From: a bacterium
GTDB lineage: Bacteria > Sysuimicrobiota > Sysuimicrobiia > Sysuimicrobiales > Kaftiobacteriaceae
DNA length: 64,000 bases
NCBI GenBank assembly: GCA_044868695.1
Contig: JBIOWP010000105.1
Coordinates: forward strand, 1-64,000
Reading direction: 5' to 3'
Below the pieces are notes generated by a model. The model saw only the letters and a program-made list of their open reading frames with translations. It did not search any database and had not been told where the DNA came from. The position numbers and the translations under genes were made by a program. This document shows, piece by piece, positions 61,136-64,000 of this stretch; positions within the stretch are counted from its first letter, which is position 1, and each line of letters begins with the position of its first letter.

Positions 61136-62248
61136 ATGGTCGACATACGTGAAATCGACGAACTCGCGAAGTCCGGCCGGCAGGACGTCCTCTCCGTATC
61201 GCTGGACGTCGATCTGACCAAGCCTGACCACCAGCGGGCCAACCCCGCCTACCGGATCTGGCTGCGCGGGGCGCTCATGGACATTCTCGAGCAGGTGTCC
61301 AGAGAGCGCCGCGCCGACGTGGGTGAGTTGATCGATCGGATTCTGACCAGAGTCGACGATCACCGCCACGGACGCGGCCTTGCGATTTTCGCAGCACCGG
61401 ATCTCTGGCGCGAATACGTCCTGCCCGTTCCGCTGCCCAACCGGGTTCATTATGGGCAGCCGGATCTCTTTCCGCTGCTGTGGGCGCTGGACGAGTACGA
61501 ACCCTACGCCGTTCTTGCGGTTGACCGCGGGCAGGCACGGCTTCTCGTCATGCATCTGGGACAGACGGATGTGGTCGACCAGGATGTGCTGGTTCTGGAG
61601 ACCGGCGACTGGCGCAAGACTTCGGGCCGGTCCCCAACCTACACAAAGCGGACGGGAACTGGGGCAACCCGCGGCGCTCAGCGAGACGTCTTCGATGCCC
61701 GAGTAGACGAGCAGGAACGCCGCTTTTGGCGCAGCGCTGCGGCGACGGCCCGCCGGACCATGCAGGACCTGGGGATCAGCCGCCTGATCATCGCAGGCCC
61801 GCCTGAGACCACCGCGGCTGTTGCCGGCCTCCTCGAGCACGCTGGTCCGGTCCAGGTCGTGGCGGTGGTACCCGCGCCGCCATCGGCCAGTATCCCCCAG
61901 CTTAGAGAGCTGACGCTTCAGGCGGCGCTGGCAGAGGAGCACCGACGCGAGCAAAGTCTTGTGGCGGCGCTGATGGAGCGGCTGGGAAGCCCGGCGGGAG
62001 CAGTTGTGGGTCTGACGGCCACGCTCGAGGCGCTGACGAGAGGGCAGGCGCAGGTGGTGATCGTGGATCCCGGTCACCAGGCAGTCCGCGCGCAGATACT
62101 CTCAGAGCTGCCGCTGCTGGCCCGCCGGCATGGCGCCGCGCTAGAGATGGTCAGTGGCGAGGCAGCACGGCGGCTTGCGCCCCACGAAGGCGTCGGGGCC
62201 ATCCTTCGGTACACCACAACAGCAGAACCAGCGGGGAGTAGGAACTAG
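61136..62248 (+). CDS. Bacterial archaeo-eukaryotic release factor-like (baeRF/aeRF1 superfamily) protein
   Basis: VLSVSLD, GLAIFA, PLLWALDEYE, LIIAGP, AVVGL...LEAL and EGVGAILRY. Confidence 0.8.
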   Translation: MVDIREIDELAKSGRQDVLSVSLDVDLTKPDHQRANPAYRIWLRGALMDILEQVSRERRADVGELIDRILTRVDDHRHGRGLAIFAAPDLWREYVLPVPLPNRVHYGQPDLFPLLWALDEYEPYAVLAVDRGQARLLVMHLGQTDVVDQDVLVLETGDWRKTSGRSPTYTKRTGTGATRGAQRDVFDARVDEQERRFWRSAAATARRTMQDLGISRLIIAGPPETTAAVAGLLEHAGPVQVVAVVPAPPSASIPQLRELTLQAALAEEHRREQSLVAALMERLGSPAGAVVGLTATLEALTRGQAQVVIVDPGHQAVRAQILSELPLLARRHGAALEMVSGEAARRLAPHEGVGAILRYTTTAEPAGSRN

Positions 62249-62286
62249 AACCAACGCCGCCGCATCGAACACACCGTGGGGAGATC

Positions 62287-63279
62287 GTGATGCTCCGGCT
62301 GGGACTTGCGGGCGACGTGATGCTGGGCCGGCTGGTGGATCGGTATGTGCTGGCCGATCCGGCGCGTGGTCCGGGATTTGTCTGGGGCGACACGCTGTCG
62401 CTCTGGGCTCAGATGGACCTGCGGATGGTGAACCTGGAATGCGTGATCGCCGCCACGGGGGAGCCCTGGATCCCCAAAGCATTCCAGTTCCGCGCACGCC
62501 CCGGCGCGGTGGACGTCCTGCGCTCAGCCGGGATCCATCTGGTCAGCGTGGCAAACAACCACGTTCTCGACTACGGTTACGATGCGCTGCGGGCGTGTCT
62601 ATCGTTGCTGGGGCACACCTCGATCCGATCCGCCGGCGCAGGACTGACTCTGCACGAGGCCGCGGCTCCGACCACGGTGTCCGTGGATCGGTGCTCGGTG
62701 GCGGTCATCGGCCTCGCCGACGGCGAGCCGGAATGGGAAGCGGCGCCTGACCGGCCAGGGATCAACTATGTGCGCTGCGATCACACCGGACTGCACGCGC
62801 CGTACCGGCAACGGGTGGAGGATGCGCTGGCCCGCGCCCGCGATGCGGCCCCGTTCGTGATCGTCAGCGCCCACGTGGGGCCGAACTGGGGACCGCCGAC
62901 TCCTCACATGCGGGCCCTGGCGCATGAAGTCATCGACCTGGGCGCCGACCTCTACTGGGGGCATTCCAACCATACGGTGCAGGGCATCGAGATCTATCGG
63001 GGCCGACCGATCCTGTACGCGTCTGGAGACTTCGTCGACGACTATGCGGTGGACCCGCAGCGGCGCAACGATCTGTCGTGTTTCTTTGACCTCGCCGTCG
63101 ACACCGGCCGGGTGACGTGCATCCGGCTGCACCCCGTGCGGATCGCCCGATGCCAGGTCAACCTCGCCGCCGGGGAGGACCTGCGCTGGCTGCACGGCTG
63201 GCTTCGCGAGCGCATGGCCGAGTGCGGAACGACGCTCGGGTTCGACGGCGGTGTCGGCGTTGTCAACATCGCCGATTGA
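62287..63279 (+). CDS. CapA/PgsA-family metallophosphoesterase
   Basis: GDVMLGR, NLEC, ANNHVLDYG, HVGPNWG, GHSNH and GDFVDDY. Confidence 0.92.
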   Translation: MMLRLGLAGDVMLGRLVDRYVLADPARGPGFVWGDTLSLWAQMDLRMVNLECVIAATGEPWIPKAFQFRARPGAVDVLRSAGIHLVSVANNHVLDYGYDALRACLSLLGHTSIRSAGAGLTLHEAAAPTTVSVDRCSVAVIGLADGEPEWEAAPDRPGINYVRCDHTGLHAPYRQRVEDALARARDAAPFVIVSAHVGPNWGPPTPHMRALAHEVIDLGADLYWGHSNHTVQGIEIYRGRPILYASGDFVDDYAVDPQRRNDLSCFFDLAVDTGRVTCIRLHPVRIARCQVNLAAGEDLRWLHGWLRERMAECGTTLGFDGGVGVVNIAD

Positions 63280-63300
63280 AGTGTCCTGGGGAGGGGCGCT

Positions 63301-63696
63301 ATGAAGAAGAGTGGGATTTTGAACGCCGAATTGATGCGCGTGATCGCGTCCATGGGGCACACCGATTTGTTGGTAATCGCCGACAGCGGCCTCCCGATTC
63401 CCCCGTCCGTTCCCAGGATTGACCTGGCGCTCACCGCCGGTGTCCCGTCGTTCATGCAGGCGCTGCAGGCGGTGCTTGCCGAGTTGCAGGTGGAGGCCGC
63501 GACCATCGCCCAGGAGATGCGCCAGCGCAGCCCGAGTTTCTTTCAGGCGGTGCAGCAGGCGCTGGGAGCGATTCCGGTGACGCAGGTGTCCCACGAGCAG
63601 TTGAAGACGATGCTCCCGCGGGTCCGGGCCGTCGTCCGCACCGGCGAACAAACGCCGTACGCCAACATCATCGTGCAGAGCGGTGTGACCTTTTGA
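63301..63696 (+). CDS. rbsD: D-ribose pyranase
   Basis: [19 protein letters not shown] and [12 protein letters not shown]. Confidence 0.96.
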   Translation: MKKSGILNAELMRVIASMGHTDLLVIADSGLPIPPSVPRIDLALTAGVPSFMQALQAVLAELQVEAATIAQEMRQRSPSFFQAVQQALGAIPVTQVSHEQLKTMLPRVRAVVRTGEQTPYANIIVQSGVTF

Positions 63697-63718
63697 ACAA
63701 CGCGAACCGGAATCGTCC

Positions 63719-64000
63719 ATGAACGTTCCTCTCCTGGAGATGACACGTATCACCAAGTCCTTCCCCGGTGTACGCGCGCTGCATGAGGTCTCCCTGGACG
63801 TGCGGGCCGGCGAGGTCCACGCGCTGGTGGGGGAGAATGGGGCCGGCAAGTCCACCCTCATGCGCATCCTCGGCGGCGTCTACCAGCGCGACGCCGGCGA
63901 GATTCTGTTGCGCGGGCGGTCGGTGGAGATTCGTTCGCCGCTGGAAGCCCGGACGCATGGGATCAGCATCATCCACCAGGAGCTCAATCAGGTTCCCACC
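63719..64000 (+). CDS. rbsA: Sugar (ribose) ABC transporter ATP-binding protein, truncated by the window end
   Basis: [23 protein letters not shown] and IIHQEL. Confidence 0.9.
   Translation, partial: MNVPLLEMTRITKSFPGVRALHEVSLDVRAGEVHALVGENGAGKSTLMRILGGVYQRDAGEILLRGRSVEIRSPLEARTHGISIIHQELNQVPT

Noticed and set aside
43422..64000. Integrative element inserted at tRNA-Thr
   Set aside because: The downstream block looks accessory, but I found no integrase, transposase or duplicated tRNA 3' end in the window.

Overview
A high-GC bacterial chromosomal segment. From about 2.2 to 43.5 kb it is mostly core genome in a Bacillota-like gene order: ctaA-ctaB fusion, rpoZ, tRNA-Met, tilS, ftsH, a histidine-utilisation/folate/CoA cluster (hutH, hutU, formiminotransferase, hutI, cyclodeaminase, folB, folK, two deoxynucleoside kinases, birA, panT-like ECF S component, coaX), greA, clpC-radA-yacL-ispDF-cysS-rlmB-sigH, moaA and tRNA-Thr. 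High GC plus this order and a sigH orthologue suggests a Terrabacteria lineage such as Armatimonadota/Ca. Sysuimicrobiota (inference only). The first 2.2 kb is a lower-GC TPR protein plus an apparently sensor-less histidine kinase. After tRNA-Thr lies an accessory respiration/stress/sugar block: an A1-type cytochrome c oxidase operon preceded by a DoxX/DoxD gene and two unknown membrane proteins, M23 peptidase, TlpA, MntH, three USP genes, a split glucose-family PTS, deoC, a baeRF-type protein, CapA and rbsD-rbsA. No integrase, transposase or CRISPR array was seen. The most notable observations are the Dox/His-rich membrane module ahead of the oxidase, a CysRS whose KMSKS motif reads EMHRH, an acyl-ACP-reductase-like gene pair, a pan-motif-like RNA hairpin, a DosR-regulon-like gene set, a terminator in the greA leader, two unannotated micro-ORFs and a family of heptamer/octamer intergenic inverted repeats.
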